Shown here one piece after another: positions 46,245-46,499 of a DNA stretch of 46,499 nt. The notes below the pieces were generated by a model, which did no database searches, was not told the DNA's origin, and saw only the letters and a program-made list of their open reading frames with translations. The position numbers and the translations under genes are program-made. The number at the start of each line of letters is the position of its first letter. The first letter of the stretch is position 1. This stretch comes from a bacterium (lineage in GTDB: Bacteria > Desulfobacterota > S145-22): assembly GCA_027004185.1 (NCBI GenBank), contig JALTIG010000272.1:1-46499 (forward strand). Reading direction: 5' to 3'.

Positions 46245-46499
46245 GTGCAAAAGATAGCGGTAAGGGGAAAAATTGATGAACAGGGGTTTGTTTTGGTGGT
46301 CGCCCTGATTGTCATGTTGGTGGCGACGGTGGTGGGGATCTTTGCAATTCAGAACACGACAATAGATACAAGAATATCGGGGAATGAAAGAATGATGACC
46401 CTCAAGTTTGATGCGGCGGATGCGGCAGCAAGTGCTGGGGTGGCCTGGTTTAAGGCCAACTTCTCAGGGGGAGGGAGGCGGCTTGAGGCCTCCATTCCT
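46245..46499 (+). CDS. pilX: PilX-like minor pilin, 5' part (runs off the window)
   Basis: The GTG at 46245 opens a frame with no stop to the window end: VQKIAVRGKIDEQGFVLVVALIVMLVATVVGIFAIQNTTIDTRISGNE...AADAAASAG, resembling the PilX N-terminal domain. Not in the ORF track because it is truncated. Confidence 0.6.
   Translation, partial: MQKIAVRGKIDEQGFVLVVALIVMLVATVVGIFAIQNTTIDTRISGNERMMTLKFDAADAAASAGVAWFKANFSGGGRRLEASIP

Overview
This is a 46.5 kb chromosomal segment from a diderm (Gram-negative-type) bacterium, roughly 50% GC and densely coding. I found no transposase, integrase, phage gene or CRISPR array. All product calls come from motif and N-terminus recognition by eye, with no database search. 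Layout, left to right:

1. Minus-strand housekeeping operon rpmE-thyX-prfA-prmC-murA-(hisB).
2. An AT-rich islet at about 4.3-8.3 kb encoding a DUF1684 protein, two SAM methyltransferases, an MBL-fold protein and an Asp/Glu racemase.
3. A TetR-controlled RND efflux operon (MFP-RND-OMF).
4. The classical cluster tRNA-Ser x2 / SRP RNA / dnaX / ybaB / recR.
5. A small operon: CxxC membrane peptide, membrane polyferredoxin, TlpA-like thioredoxin lipoprotein.
6. lpxK-leuA-leuC-leuD-asd. No leuB is present in the window.
7. A 1052-aa multi-PAS hybrid histidine kinase.
8. rplM-rpsI, argC, mutS, a TauE-family permease, a CDF transporter and ndk.
9. A chain of overlapping genes: ChlI-like AAA+ protein, VWA (ChlD C-terminal-like) protein, tandem LPS-kinase-domain protein, Wzm and Wzt. 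This is followed by a sugar epimerase and two Gate-domain membrane proteins.
10. A sigma-54-type promoter in front of a type IV minor-pilin operon (fimT/gspH-like, pilV, pilW, pilX), which runs off the right edge.

The most interesting observations:

- An A10 tract sits at the end of the ChlI-like ORF, and the -1 frame runs open from there into the VWA ORF. This is candidate recoding or a fusion giving a ChlD-like protein.
- That AAA+/VWA pair is chained by overlapping stop/start codons to a double LPS-kinase and a glycan ABC exporter, with no chelatase H/CobN subunit in the window.
- The CxxC-peptide/polyferredoxin/TlpA operon looks like a possible envelope redox relay.
- A 9-10 nt box of the SRP RNA terminal helix is repeated over the dnaX ribosome-binding region.
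- An orphan plus-strand intrinsic terminator lies in the lpxK/kinase intergenic region.
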